A stretch of 32,000 nucleotides of DNA from Candidatus Saccharimonadota bacterium (GCA_965228485.1 OZ245819.1:480001-512000); one strand, 5' to 3'. Shown: positions 7,754 through 16,627, numbered from the stretch's first letter. Numbers and translations are program-made. Notes: generated from the letters alone by a model not told the origin.

Positions 7754-8860
7754 ATGAACAAAACCCCACTCAGCTACGGCAGCATCATTGAAGATCCCAT
7801 AACCAATTTTACAGGAAACTGTGAAAATATTATTGGATTCACACCTGTTCCACTCGGGATAGCAGGCCCTATAAAATTTAATCTCAATGATAAAGTTATT
7901 GAAGCTCAGCTTCCCTTGGCGACAACGGAGGCCTGTTTGGTAGCGAGTGTCAATCGAGGTTTTAAGGCGATTAGAAATTCTAGTCAACCTATTGTGGTTA
8001 ACCTTAAAGAAGTTGGTATTTCTCGTTCTCTGGCTTTTAAAATTCCTGAAAACTTTGATTACCACAATTTCCAAGAAAAAATCAACCATGATCTAGACCT
8101 TCTCAATGAGCTTGTATCCAAGCAAAGTCGGTTTGCCAAAGTGTTAAAAATCGAAACCAAATTAAGAACAAATTTTTTATACATAAATATTTATTTCAAC
8201 ACCGGCCAAGCTATGGGAATGAACATGATTACCATCGCTTCAAAGTGTTTAGCCGACCAGTATTTTAAACCAAATTTTGATCTTGATCTGATTACTGTTT
8301 CGGCCAATTGGTGTAGTGATAAAAAACCAAGCCAGCATACCAAAACTCATGGACGCAAATTTTCGTTAGAAGCTCAGTCCACTATTAAGGCGGAAGAGGT
8401 TAAATCGGTTCTTAAAACCTCCAGCCAAGCCATTGAAGTTGTTGATGAAGTAAAACTCCAAGAGGGAAGCCGTATAGCTGGTTCTTTAGCTAACAATGCC
8501 CATCATGCCAATATTGTTGCGGCCAGTTTTATCGCCCTGGGGCAAGATGCAGCACATACCGTTGATGGAAGTTTAGGAAACTCTCATTTCAAATCATTAG
8601 ATAATGGTGATCTTCTCGCAAAGGTGACTATCCCAGCTCTTATTTGCGGAACTATTGGTGGAGGGACTTCTCTTTCGGTTCAGAATCAAACTCTTGAGTT
8701 AACAGGGCTTCAAGAAAATGATCAAGGTCATTATGAATCCACAGAATTAGCGGCCTTGATTGGTTGTGGAGTTCTGGCTGGTGAACTCTCCCTCATGTCA
8801 GCACTTTCAAGCCAAACTTTAGCCGAGAGTCATGAAAAATTAAGACGTCCTATTTCCTAG
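7754..8860 (+). CDS. HMG-CoA reductase, class I
   Basis: 368 aa with ENIIGFTPVPLGIAGP, TTEACLVASVNRG (Glu), AMGMNM, SDKKPS (Lys), ALGQDAAHTV (Asp), GTIGGGT and AESHEKL (His). Confidence 0.9.
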   Translation: MNKTPLSYGSIIEDPITNFTGNCENIIGFTPVPLGIAGPIKFNLNDKVIEAQLPLATTEACLVASVNRGFKAIRNSSQPIVVNLKEVGISRSLAFKIPENFDYHNFQEKINHDLDLLNELVSKQSRFAKVLKIETKLRTNFLYINIYFNTGQAMGMNMITIASKCLADQYFKPNFDLDLITVSANWCSDKKPSQHTKTHGRKFSLEAQSTIKAEEVKSVLKTSSQAIEVVDEVKLQEGSRIAGSLANNAHHANIVAASFIALGQDAAHTVDGSLGNSHFKSLDNGDLLAKVTIPALICGTIGGGTSLSVQNQTLELTGLQENDQGHYESTELAALIGCGVLAGELSLMSALSSQTLAESHEKLRRPIS

Positions 8861-9408
8861 CCATCCCTTTTTACTGAATAAGCACAGAAATAACCTCCAG
8901 CATTGCCACAAAAAGGAGTGCCACTACAACAAGAATTCATCCCGCCATTTTTACAATTCCCTCCATTGGTTTCTGGATGTCTCCATATAACCCATAGCCC
9001 AGATGGATCGCTGGGGATAACAGGTCTACAACCAATAGATAGTTGACCTTGAAACAAATAATAATTGTCTCCCCAATCATTTGTTGCTTCAGGGTCTTGT
9101 GCGGTAATTTTTACATAAGGTCTCAGCGCATTATTTAAGGCGGTATTTCCCTCTCCTAATCTATCCCCCCAACAATTTTCTCCATCATTTAATCCAATAC
9201 AGGCACCTGATGCTGGCAGAGGAAGATTTTCTCCTTCTAGAGCAAAATACTGCCGAATTCCAGATGATATTTGATTAATATGAGCGAGGCGTTTCGTATG
9301 ACGAGCCTTCTCAAAATAGGTATTAAATGTAGCGACACCAATCGTTGATAAAATCCCAATAACAACGATTACTACTAACAACTCGATTAACGTAAAACCT
9401 CTTAGCAT
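8857..9408 (-). CDS. type IV pilin / pseudopilin-like protein with prepilin N-terminal methylation motif
   Basis: 183 aa. N-terminus MLRG-FTLIELLVVIVVIGILSTIG has the G/F cleavage site, Glu5 and a hydrophobic helix. The C-terminal globular part contains 8 Cys. Confidence 0.85.
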   Translation of the reverse strand: MLRGFTLIELLVVIVVIGILSTIGVATFNTYFEKARHTKRLAHINQISSGIRQYFALEGENLPLPASGACIGLNDGENCWGDRLGEGNTALNNALRPYVKITAQDPEATNDWGDNYYLFQGQLSIGCRPVIPSDPSGLWVIWRHPETNGGNCKNGGMNSCCSGTPFCGNAGGYFCAYSVKRDG

Positions 9409-9418
9409 TTTAATAATG

Positions 9419-10069
9419 TTACGTCCCTTTTCTCCGATCTCTTTTTTTAAAGTTCATTATAATCTTCTCCATATCAGCCTCCGTAAGCTCTGGTAATTTT
9501 TTCGGATGAAAATTAAACTCACTATAAGCCGCCTGCCAGAGGCAAAAATTACTGAGTCTATTTTCTCCTCCTGTACGAACAATCAAGTCCAGTGGGGGAA
9601 CTTCTAGGTAGTTTTCAAAATCACGTCCTCCTTTCTCAACCGCTCGCAGAATCTCATCTTGAGAACCATAATCTAAACAAAGTACTAACCGAAATTTATC
9701 AAAATTTTTAGATTTTTCTTCTAACTCCGAAAGACGATTTAGGAGTTTTTTGGGAAGCCTGTCTTTTCGTCCAGCATGAATGAAGCGACATTCTTTTTCG
9801 AGTATTTCATTTCCCCAGTCTTCCGCCATTTCTTGGTATAGTTTCATCAAATTAGTTACCTCCAGAGGGGAGCGCTTCCAATTTTCCGTAGAAAAAGCGT
9901 AAACCGCCAAAGTATCCCAATCCTCATGATCATAAAGCCTTGGGAAAACGGTATTTCGAATAACCGAGAAGCCCCTATTGTGACCTTCAAAAGCCGCCAA
10001 TCCTTGAGATTTTGCCCAACGACGATTCCCATCTGCTATGAGTCCAAAAGCTTGCTTATCAAAAGTCAT
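9419..10069 (-). CDS. uppS: undecaprenyl-diphosphate synthase family (cis-prenyltransferase)
   Basis: 216 aa with GLIADGNRRWAK, AFSTENWKRS and RTGGENRLSNFCLWQAAYSEF. Confidence 0.9.
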   Translation of the reverse strand: MTFDKQAFGLIADGNRRWAKSQGLAAFEGHNRGFSVIRNTVFPRLYDHEDWDTLAVYAFSTENWKRSPLEVTNLMKLYQEMAEDWGNEILEKECRFIHAGRKDRLPKKLLNRLSELEEKSKNFDKFRLVLCLDYGSQDEILRAVEKGGRDFENYLEVPPLDLIVRTGGENRLSNFCLWQAAYSEFNFHPKKLPELTEADMEKIIMNFKKRDRRKGT

Positions 10070-10085
10070 TCTAAATCATTCTATA

Positions 10086-10117
10086 CAAAAAAATAGCTTC
10101 CGAAAAGGAAGCTATTT
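10086..10117 (-). terminator. rho-independent terminator downstream of rpmA
   Basis: Stem atagcttcc / ggaagctat (10093-10101 / 10107-10115) with loop gaaaa. On the minus strand it is followed by a run of 7 T. It lies 23 nt past the rpmA stop. Confidence 0.65.
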
Positions 10118-10139
10118 TATTTATAAGTTAAACGCTCAA

Positions 10140-10421
10140 TTATTTTGAAGCGTTAATATGAACAAATTTTCGTTTGTACGTTCGACCGTCAAATCGTTTA
10201 ACGGCTTGTTCTGTAAATTCTACCGTTCCTTTTTCTGTGGCAAAGATTGTAAAGTCTGTTCCCATATCAGTATTTTTACCAGGTCGGAATTTTGTTCCTT
10301 TCTGTCGAACGATAATTTCACCAGCATTTACTGCTTCTCCTCCAAATCGTTTGACCCCACGTCGTTTAGCGACTGAATCTCGACCATTCTTTGTACTACC
10401 ACCGGCTTTTTTAGTTGCCAT
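10140..10421 (-). CDS. rpmA: 50S ribosomal protein L27
   Basis: 93 aa: [50 protein letters not shown], the canonical L27 sequence. Confidence 0.95.
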   Translation of the reverse strand: MATKKAGGSTKNGRDSVAKRRGVKRFGGEAVNAGEIIVRQKGTKFRPGKNTDMGTDFTIFATEKGTVEFTEQAVKRFDGRTYKRKFVHINASK

Positions 10422-10451
10422 ATTCTAAATAATTATATTTAAATCAGCGTT

Positions 10452-10479
10452 TTTATAATGATTCAACAACGCTTGTCAA
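10452..10479 (-). promoter_or_regulatory. sigma70-like promoter of rpmA
   Basis: Minus strand: TTGACA (10479-10474), 16 nt spacer, TATAAA (10457-10452), about 30 nt upstream of ATG 10421. Confidence 0.5.
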
Positions 10480-10521
10480 AAAAAATTAAACGAGAAATAG
10501 GTGCTAAGAAACCGCTGAAGT

Positions 10522-10886
10522 TTACCCTTGCATCTGCTTGAGTCGATACACGATAGCCGCTACTCCTGGACGTTGATCATGAGTTCCCGCACTATATACT
10601 CCATCTCGAACATACATTCCTCCTTGATAAATTGCATTATTATCCACTGTTAAACCCGCATAGGCATAGGGACTGGCTCGATCTTTGTTTGTATTTTCCC
10701 CGCTACTCTTTCCAAATCCCCCGTTCCAGCAGGATCAGTTTCTGTCAAAGCCGTTAGGGCTTTATCTCGAGCCGAATCTGAACCGGCAATTTCAGGTACA
10801 ACGACATCCGTTTTCCCCTCATCACAATCAACTTTATCCGTTTCAGGAGTTGTTACTCTAGCATCTCTCTCTTCTGGTCCTGCCAT
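10522..10886 (-). pseudogene. small acidic protein gene, apparently frameshifted (track ORF 10650..10886 plus an open downstream frame to 10522)
   Basis: The 78-aa ORF stops at 10650. A second frame is open from about 10735 to a TAA at 10524-10522 and has no plausible start of its own (SCWNGGFGKSSGENTNKDRASPYAYAGLTVDNNAIYQGGMYVRDGVYSAGTHDQRPGVAAIVYRLKQMQG). The two frames overlap across the G5 run (10718-10722) and the G4A4 run. Confidence 0.4.
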
Positions 10887-10953
10887 TAATTTTCAATTAA
10901 ATATCTGATAATTATAGCAAAAATCAGGCTAAAAATCCAGTAAGAGAAAAGGT

Positions 10954-11277
10954 TTAAGCGTCTTTTAGAAAATCTTCTAACTCAGCTTCCACTGAAGAAA
11001 TTTCCTGCTCATGCTCTGGCCCTTCCATGGATTTAATTTTTTCAAAAGCTTCTGCCTGCAATTCATGATCAAATTCCGCAAAAAACAAAGGATTTTTCTC
11101 AACAATTTTAGCAATTAACTGCGCCTGAATATCATTCATATTCTGAACAATAGTTTTAAGACGCTCTATTTTTTCTGGAGAGTAATCCTTGTTACGAGCT
11201 TTCTTTAAAATTAAAGATTTAGTCTCTGGAGCAATATACCAATTCTTCGACAACAATTGAGACAGACTTGCTTCCAT
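10954..11277 (-). CDS. hypothetical protein (helical, acidic C-terminus)
   Basis: 107-aa ORF with no competing ORF. No family recognised. Confidence 0.6.
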   Translation of the reverse strand: MEASLSQLLSKNWYIAPETKSLILKKARNKDYSPEKIERLKTIVQNMNDIQAQLIAKIVEKNPLFFAEFDHELQAEAFEKIKSMEGPEHEQEISSVEAELEDFLKDA

Positions 11278-11303
11278 TTAGTAGCATTCTAAATATTTCC
11301 GCA

Positions 11304-11332
11304 TTGAATTTCTAGTATTTTTTTGGTATAAT
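11304..11332 (+). promoter_or_regulatory. strong sigma70-like promoter with extended -10
   Basis: TTGAAT (11304-11309), 17 nt spacer ending in TGg, TATAAT (11327-11332), 26 nt upstream of ATG 11359. Confidence 0.6.
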
Positions 11333-11358
11333 AGAAAGATTTAATTATTCAAAAACAC

Positions 11359-12507
11359 ATGAACGCAGAAACTCCAGACAAAGATCAGCCCATTATTCCT
11401 GGTGACGCAGAAAAAGTTGAAGGGGTAGATCCTGTCGACGGTGGAGTCGACAGAGGTGCCGCAAAAGCCCATAAAGCCGCTACAGATGATCATGAAAAAT
11501 TTTCTGGCAAGGTTTTAACCGAAGGTGAAGTAGTTGCTAGAGATGAGGTAACCAAACTAACAGCAGCAGAAAGACGTCTTCGGGAAGAAGCTGGCATCCC
11601 ACCAAAAGATGATACCCTTCCAGAATCCACGACAACCGTACTGACAGAAAGAGGGGTCGATCTCAGCGAATTTGAAGATCGAACCATTGGCGGAAAGTCT
11701 GAAGCAGCCATGCTTGCTGATTTCCTTAAAGCTAATCCCGATGTAGATGCGAAGGCGCTTCTTGAAGCTACGGGAAATATGTTTGCTCAAATGACCGATG
11801 AAGAAAGAACCTCAGCAATTGGCAAAATGACTTCAGAAGAGTATGAAGCTTTCTTAAAAGGTGCAAAAGATCGACTTGCAACCGCTACTGATAGAACTAC
11901 AAATACCTATATCGATCCAGAAACTGGAAAAGAAGTAACCGAACCAAATCAGTTTGATTTGGGAAGTGCAATGGACAACGCGGGCGTCACGGGAAATCGA
12001 GCCCCAAATTCTTCTTCAAGTGGAAATACCTACTCTGGAACATTCGAAGTTCCAAGTATTAGTAATGCGGAACTGATATCTAAAGTTGAAACTCTTGCCG
12101 GAAATCTCACTCCACCCGCAAATGTAGCCGCTCTGAAAGCTGTGGTTGCAGTAGAGAGTGGAGGCGATCTTAGCGCCACTCGCTACGAACCTCATCATGG
12201 ACACAAAGGGCAAGATGAGGCAACAAGTTTTGGAGCCTTCCAAATTATGGGGTTCAATGCTCAATCTTTAGGCTACGCTAGTGCAACGGAAATGAAGAAT
12301 GACTTCCAAACAAGAGGTGCTGAAGCACAAGTAGAAGCTTTTGGTAAGTTTTTAGAAACCAGAAATTTAACGCCTCACATTGCTGAGAGCCGAACTGAAC
12401 CAGATTTCCACGCCTTTGCCAAAGGCTATAATGGAGCGGGTTACGCAAAACTCAACTACCATGGAAAAATGGAAGCCGCTTATCGGAGATTTGCTTCAGA
12501 AGGTTAA
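11359..12507 (+). CDS. N-acetylmuramidase-domain protein (PF11860/DUF3380-like C-terminus) with a long acidic N-terminal region
   Basis: 382 aa. The C-terminal ~130 aa (ALKAVVAVESGG...SFGAFQIMGFNAQSLGY...QVEAFGKFL...FAKGYNGAGYAKLNYHGKMEAAYRRF) matches the conserved pattern of that muramidase family as I remember it. I see no signal peptide or TM segment. Confidence 0.7.
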   Translation: MNAETPDKDQPIIPGDAEKVEGVDPVDGGVDRGAAKAHKAATDDHEKFSGKVLTEGEVVARDEVTKLTAAERRLREEAGIPPKDDTLPESTTTVLTERGVDLSEFEDRTIGGKSEAAMLADFLKANPDVDAKALLEATGNMFAQMTDEERTSAIGKMTSEEYEAFLKGAKDRLATATDRTTNTYIDPETGKEVTEPNQFDLGSAMDNAGVTGNRAPNSSSSGNTYSGTFEVPSISNAELISKVETLAGNLTPPANVAALKAVVAVESGGDLSATRYEPHHGHKGQDEATSFGAFQIMGFNAQSLGYASATEMKNDFQTRGAEAQVEAFGKFLETRNLTPHIAESRTEPDFHAFAKGYNGAGYAKLNYHGKMEAAYRRFASEG

Positions 12508-13601
12508 CCTTGTATTTTCCAACACTTCACTTGTTCTGCACGTTCATCTAAATCCGCTGTAACAGCCTTGGCTCGCTCAATAATCTTTTGTGAAACCTCA
12601 AATGCAACTCTTCTTGGGTCTTGCCTGTCTGCTGATTTAGCTTTTTTAACCTTTTCAAATCCAGCAATTTGTGCCAAAACTTTATTAGCAAACTCTCCTA
12701 AGACCGTTTCGCATTGACCATGGAAAGCCTCATCTTTTTTCAGTGAACCAACGTTTCGTTTCTTCCGTTTTTTAATTCTTTCTGGCTCAACACAGATCAT
12801 ATCGGCTCTTTGAATATTAGCCATTTGCATGCGAATCATCAGTAAAAACTCACGAATTCTAAAACGCATGCGATCCGCCTCTGTATGATTATCTCGATCA
12901 AAATCACGAGCCATAGCTCCCTGCAATTGCCTCCCTGGATCATCTAAAAGAAACGCATTTACCACTCTAAATTTTCGAATATTTGGATCCCCTTCCTCTT
13001 GTCTTTTTTCCCAATGAGAAAAATTCCCAGTAGCATTAAGCCCTTCTGAGAATAAAATATGTTTCCCTTCTGGAATTCTCCATTTTTCTTCTTTGGTCAT
13101 TTGTCCGTTATCCGCTCGATTATACAGCCCATCCATCTCATAAAATTTTCCTCTCTGTTCTGGGTTCAGAACCGCAGAAAAGAATTCTCTTAAACGACGA
13201 AATTGATAGAGATTTTTTTTCAAATTTGCATAGGAATCCAGCATCTGATCTCGTTCTGGTGTCCCTCTAGCGGTTCCATGAAACAAATCTTGATCCACCC
13301 TAAGCATTGGAATGGCTAAATTTGAATCAACCAACCGCTCATTAAACATTTCTGAAACACTCGATTTTCCCGCTGATGGGAATCCTGAAATATTAACAAC
13401 CAAAACTTCATCATCGCTTGCCAAAAAATCCTCTAACTGACCGATTAGAGCTTCAACTAAAACTTCAAAGCCTTTATGAAATTCTTTTTCTTCTAACAAC
13501 GCTTCCCACAAAGCGGCAATATTTTTTGTTGGAGCGTAATGTCTGATGATTTCTCTCGGACAAGTCAGATCTTCCAATCTCTCGGGGGATTCTTTCGACA
13601 T
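12504..13601 (-). CDS. P-loop kinase, uridine kinase/phosphoribulokinase-like
   Basis: 365 aa. Walker A is ISGFPSAGKSS, followed by ILFSEGLNA and an RDFDRD...RADMI pattern laid out as in the Udk/PRK family. It has long extra N- and C-terminal regions, and the substrate is unknown. Confidence 0.55.
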   Translation of the reverse strand: MSKESPERLEDLTCPREIIRHYAPTKNIAALWEALLEEKEFHKGFEVLVEALIGQLEDFLASDDEVLVVNISGFPSAGKSSVSEMFNERLVDSNLAIPMLRVDQDLFHGTARGTPERDQMLDSYANLKKNLYQFRRLREFFSAVLNPEQRGKFYEMDGLYNRADNGQMTKEEKWRIPEGKHILFSEGLNATGNFSHWEKRQEEGDPNIRKFRVVNAFLLDDPGRQLQGAMARDFDRDNHTEADRMRFRIREFLLMIRMQMANIQRADMICVEPERIKKRKKRNVGSLKKDEAFHGQCETVLGEFANKVLAQIAGFEKVKKAKSADRQDPRRVAFEVSQKIIERAKAVTADLDERAEQVKCWKIQG

Positions 13602-13766
13602 ACAATTAAATAAGACAAAGGTTTAAGGTTCTACTCTTTTTGTCTGTTGTGTTTTTTTTAATATAACTAATCATTTTAAACTCACAAATTTTCTATAATT
13701 ATTTTACTTTTCTAGGGTCTTGTGGATTCCATAGAATAATTTATACCATATCAAGGGGATTTCCTA

Positions 13767-13783
13767 AGGGGAATAATTCCCCT
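13767..13783 (-). terminator. hairpin just downstream of ahcY (possible terminator without a U-tract)
   Basis: aggggaa-taa-ttcccct is a 7-bp perfect stem starting 13 nt past the ahcY stop. No T-run follows on the minus strand, so the function is uncertain. Confidence 0.25.
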
Positions 13784-13795
13784 CGGGCGGCAACA

Positions 13796-15079
13796 TTAGT
13801 AACGATAGTGCTCTGATTTGAAAGGACCATCTTTTGAAATCCCCAAGTAATCGGCTTGAGATTGAGTCAGCTGATCAAGTTTTACCCCTAACTTTGGTAA
13901 ATGTAACGCGGCTACTCGTTCATCAAGATGCTTTGGCAGAGTATAAACTCCCACTGGATATTCTTCATGCCGAGTCCACAATTCTATCTGTGCTAAAGTT
14001 TGATTGGCAAAACTACAAGACATTACAAAACTTGGATGTCCCGTAGCACATCCTAAATTTACCAAACGCCCTTCGGCTAAAACAATAATTTTGCGTTTAT
14101 TAGAAAGCGTTACATGATGTACTTGAGGTTTAATCTCTTCCCAATCACAATCTCGTATCGCCGCAATTTCAATCTCTGAGTCAAAATGCCCGATATTACA
14201 AACAATCGCATTCTCTTTCATATTCAGCATATGATCTCGAGTAATCACATCACAACATCCCGTAGCCGTAACAAAAATATCTCCGAGTTTTGAAGCTTCT
14301 TCCATGGTCGTCACTTCATACCCTTCCATAACGGCCTGAAGAGCACAGATTGGATCTACTTCTGTAACGATAACCCTCGCCCCTGAATAACGCAGACTTG
14401 CCGCTGATCCTTTCCCTACATCTCCAAACCCAGCCACAACGGCTACTTTCCCCGAAACCATAACATCTGTCGCTCGTTTAATAGCGTCTACTAAACTTTC
14501 TCTACATCCGTAAAGATTATCAAATTTTGATTTTGTTACTGAATCATTCACATTTATCGCTGGCATTTTAAGCGTTCTGGCTTCATGCATTTGGTAGAGT
14601 CTGTGAACTCCTGTAGTAGTTTCCTCTGAAACGCCTCGAATATCCTCCAGTAATTCTGGATATTTATTATGAATAAGTTCCGTCAGATCTCCTCCATCAT
14701 CTAGGAGCATATTTGGTTTCCACCCATCAGGACCAAAAATTGTCTGCTCAATACACCACCAATACTCTTCTTCTGTCTCCCCTTTCCAGGCAAAGACTGG
14801 AATTCCTTTTTTGGCAATTGCAGCCGCTGCATGATCTTGAGTAGAAAAAATATTACAACTACTCCAACGAACCTCTGCCCCAAGTTCTATTAAAGTTTCA
14901 ATCAGAACGGCCGTCTGAATCGTCATATGAATACATCCTGCGATTCTCGCTCCTTTCAAAGGCTGTGAATCTTTGTATTCTTTTCGAATAGCCATCAACC
15001 CTGGCATCTCTGTTTCAGCTATTTCTATTTCTTTACGACCAAAATCAGCCAGTCCAACATCCTTTACTTTGTAGTCCAT
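13796..15079 (-). CDS. ahcY: adenosylhomocysteinase (S-adenosyl-L-homocysteine hydrolase)
   Basis: 427 aa. [32 protein letters not shown], the NAD-binding [13 protein letters not shown] and the C-terminal SEHYRY are all canonical. Confidence 0.95.
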   Translation of the reverse strand: MDYKVKDVGLADFGRKEIEIAETEMPGLMAIRKEYKDSQPLKGARIAGCIHMTIQTAVLIETLIELGAEVRWSSCNIFSTQDHAAAAIAKKGIPVFAWKGETEEEYWWCIEQTIFGPDGWKPNMLLDDGGDLTELIHNKYPELLEDIRGVSEETTTGVHRLYQMHEARTLKMPAINVNDSVTKSKFDNLYGCRESLVDAIKRATDVMVSGKVAVVAGFGDVGKGSAASLRYSGARVIVTEVDPICALQAVMEGYEVTTMEEASKLGDIFVTATGCCDVITRDHMLNMKENAIVCNIGHFDSEIEIAAIRDCDWEEIKPQVHHVTLSNKRKIIVLAEGRLVNLGCATGHPSFVMSCSFANQTLAQIELWTRHEEYPVGVYTLPKHLDERVAALHLPKLGVKLDQLTQSQADYLGISKDGPFKSEHYRY

Positions 15080-15262
15080 TAAATAAATTTATTTTTCTTG
15101 TCTGTTGCCTTGATAAAATTTAACAAAAAACAACTTTGAAATGAGTGTAAAATTTTGCTCGAAGTTTGCAAAATTTAACGAACAAAAAGATTCGTTTTCT
15201 TAAATTTTATCGGAGCAACAAAACTTTTTGGGTTCTTTTAAAAGAAAAAAGAATATAAAACT

Positions 15263-15733
15263 TTAAAGGCTCTGTGGAACAATACACTTATTGTCTATAC
15301 ATTTCGGTGCTTCAAGTGAAGACTCGGCCTCACACTTATACTCACAAGGGTTACATTTTTCCTTATATTTATTGATATCTCGTTCATAAGGCCCAAAATT
15401 CAAATTTTGGTTGTAATAGAAATAACACCCAAAAGGACATACTCCTGGAGCGATCGAACAGTCGTCATCAATCTCACAGTAATTAATATCCTCAAAAGCC
15501 TCAACGAGTCCTTTCGCCAAAGTCTGACAATATTCTCCCTGAAGGTCTTCTCCTGTTTGGAGTGAGACTACTTCTTGAGGTTCTTCGTTACTTTCTGTTT
15601 CTATTGGTTGGCTCGCTTCTTCTTCTAGAGCTTCTACTGTTTCCTGCAATAACTCTGGAGGTAATCCCGCCTGTTTTTGAGAAAAACAAGCCTGAAGTAA
15701 AACCGCCAAAAGCAATAGTGTAAGAATTCTCAT
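15263..15733 (-). CDS. Cys-rich secreted protein / putative lipoprotein
   Basis: 156 aa. The signal peptide MRILTLLLLAVLLQAC has a lipobox-like LQAC. An acidic linker is followed by a 12-Cys C-terminal domain. Confidence 0.65.
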   Translation of the reverse strand: MRILTLLLLAVLLQACFSQKQAGLPPELLQETVEALEEEASQPIETESNEEPQEVVSLQTGEDLQGEYCQTLAKGLVEAFEDINYCEIDDDCSIAPGVCPFGCYFYYNQNLNFGPYERDINKYKEKCNPCEYKCEAESSLEAPKCIDNKCIVPQSL

Positions 15734-15736
15734 ATT

Positions 15737-16627
15737 TTAATACTGAGCGCTTGGCAATTGTACACAGCGGGCTCCAAACTCACAACCTTTTTCAATAGCC
15801 TCCTCAAATTCTCCTCCCTGAGATACTACCGATAAAAACCCAGCTCTAAAAGCATCTCCAGCCCCCGTGGTTTCCACCACATTATCAACCTTCAAGGCTT
15901 CGAAATTCTTCTTTCCCCCTTTATATCTAAATTCCACTCCCCTCTCCCCTTTTGTTTCAATCTCATAAAGATCCTCTGGAAAGTAATTTCTATATTTATT
16001 GAAATGTTGAAATTCAATGTCATTCCCAATTAAAAAGTCCACCTGCCCCAGAGTTTGAATAAGAGCTTCTTCTTCCCAGAAAGGCGTCCACTGCCCAGGA
16101 TCAAGGATGATTTTGGCTTTGGGATTGAGTGCTCGAAATTCTGCAATATGCTTTGGTAGTGAGACATTGGACCCAGGAGAAAAAATAGCCCACTCAAACC
16201 CTGATAAAGATTCTTCCGAAACATAATCCCCCAAACGGATATTATCAATAACTTCAGCCGCATTGGGCTGCCAAATAACCAATTGTTGATGAAGCGGATC
16301 GGAAACCATGTAGGCATGAGAAGTAAACTCCCCTTCTTCACCCATTATCTTATGTCCATAATCTTCAAGCCGTCTTCTATACCCCAGAGTTGTGAAATCT
16401 TTTCCAAAAACAGAAAACACCGTTGAAGTCACCTCCGCTTCTCCCAACCAAAAGGCAATGTTCCCAGCAATCCCTCCAGGATTTTCATCTTTTTTATTGG
16501 CGATATACGTTGCATTAAAATTCCGAATTTCCCCAGCTTCCAATGGAATACTTTTACGAAAATCATCGGTCACCGAGAAGATCACATCAAAGGCAATTGA
16601 TCCATAAACAAAAATTTTTTCTGACAT
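15737..16627 (-). CDS. PfkB-family carbohydrate/nucleoside kinase (adenosine kinase plausible from context)
   Basis: 296 aa with GGIAGNIAFWLG and the PfkB signature TTGAGDAFRAGFL. It is on the same strand as ahcY and upstream of it; the adenosine kinase assignment is inference. Confidence 0.8.
   Translation of the reverse strand: MSEKIFVYGSIAFDVIFSVTDDFRKSIPLEAGEIRNFNATYIANKKDENPGGIAGNIAFWLGEAEVTSTVFSVFGKDFTTLGYRRRLEDYGHKIMGEEGEFTSHAYMVSDPLHQQLVIWQPNAAEVIDNIRLGDYVSEESLSGFEWAIFSPGSNVSLPKHIAEFRALNPKAKIILDPGQWTPFWEEEALIQTLGQVDFLIGNDIEFQHFNKYRNYFPEDLYEIETKGERGVEFRYKGGKKNFEALKVDNVVETTGAGDAFRAGFLSVVSQGGEFEEAIEKGCEFGARCVQLPSAQY

Noticed and set aside
8204-8227. HMG-CoA reductase has GQAMGMNM where class-I enzymes usually have GDAMGMNM, which could suggest an inactive enzyme.
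   Set aside because: The four residues I know as catalytic map elsewhere: Glu in TTEACLVAS, Lys in DKKP, Asp in GQDAA and His in ESHEKL. All are present, so loss of activity is not supported. It is a minor substitution only.
13640-15107. A shared 10-mer ttgtctgttg upstream of the P-loop kinase gene (13640-13649) and ahcY (15098-15107), considered as a common regulatory box.
   Set aside because: A single exact 10-mer match between two sites is expected by chance many times in 32 kb. The distances to the start codons differ, and no extended similarity flanks it.
15080-15262. An SAH riboswitch upstream of ahcY.
   Set aside because: The spacer is very AT-rich and lacks the GC-rich conserved helices I associate with SAH riboswitches. 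I saw only short AT-rich motifs and one weak hairpin.
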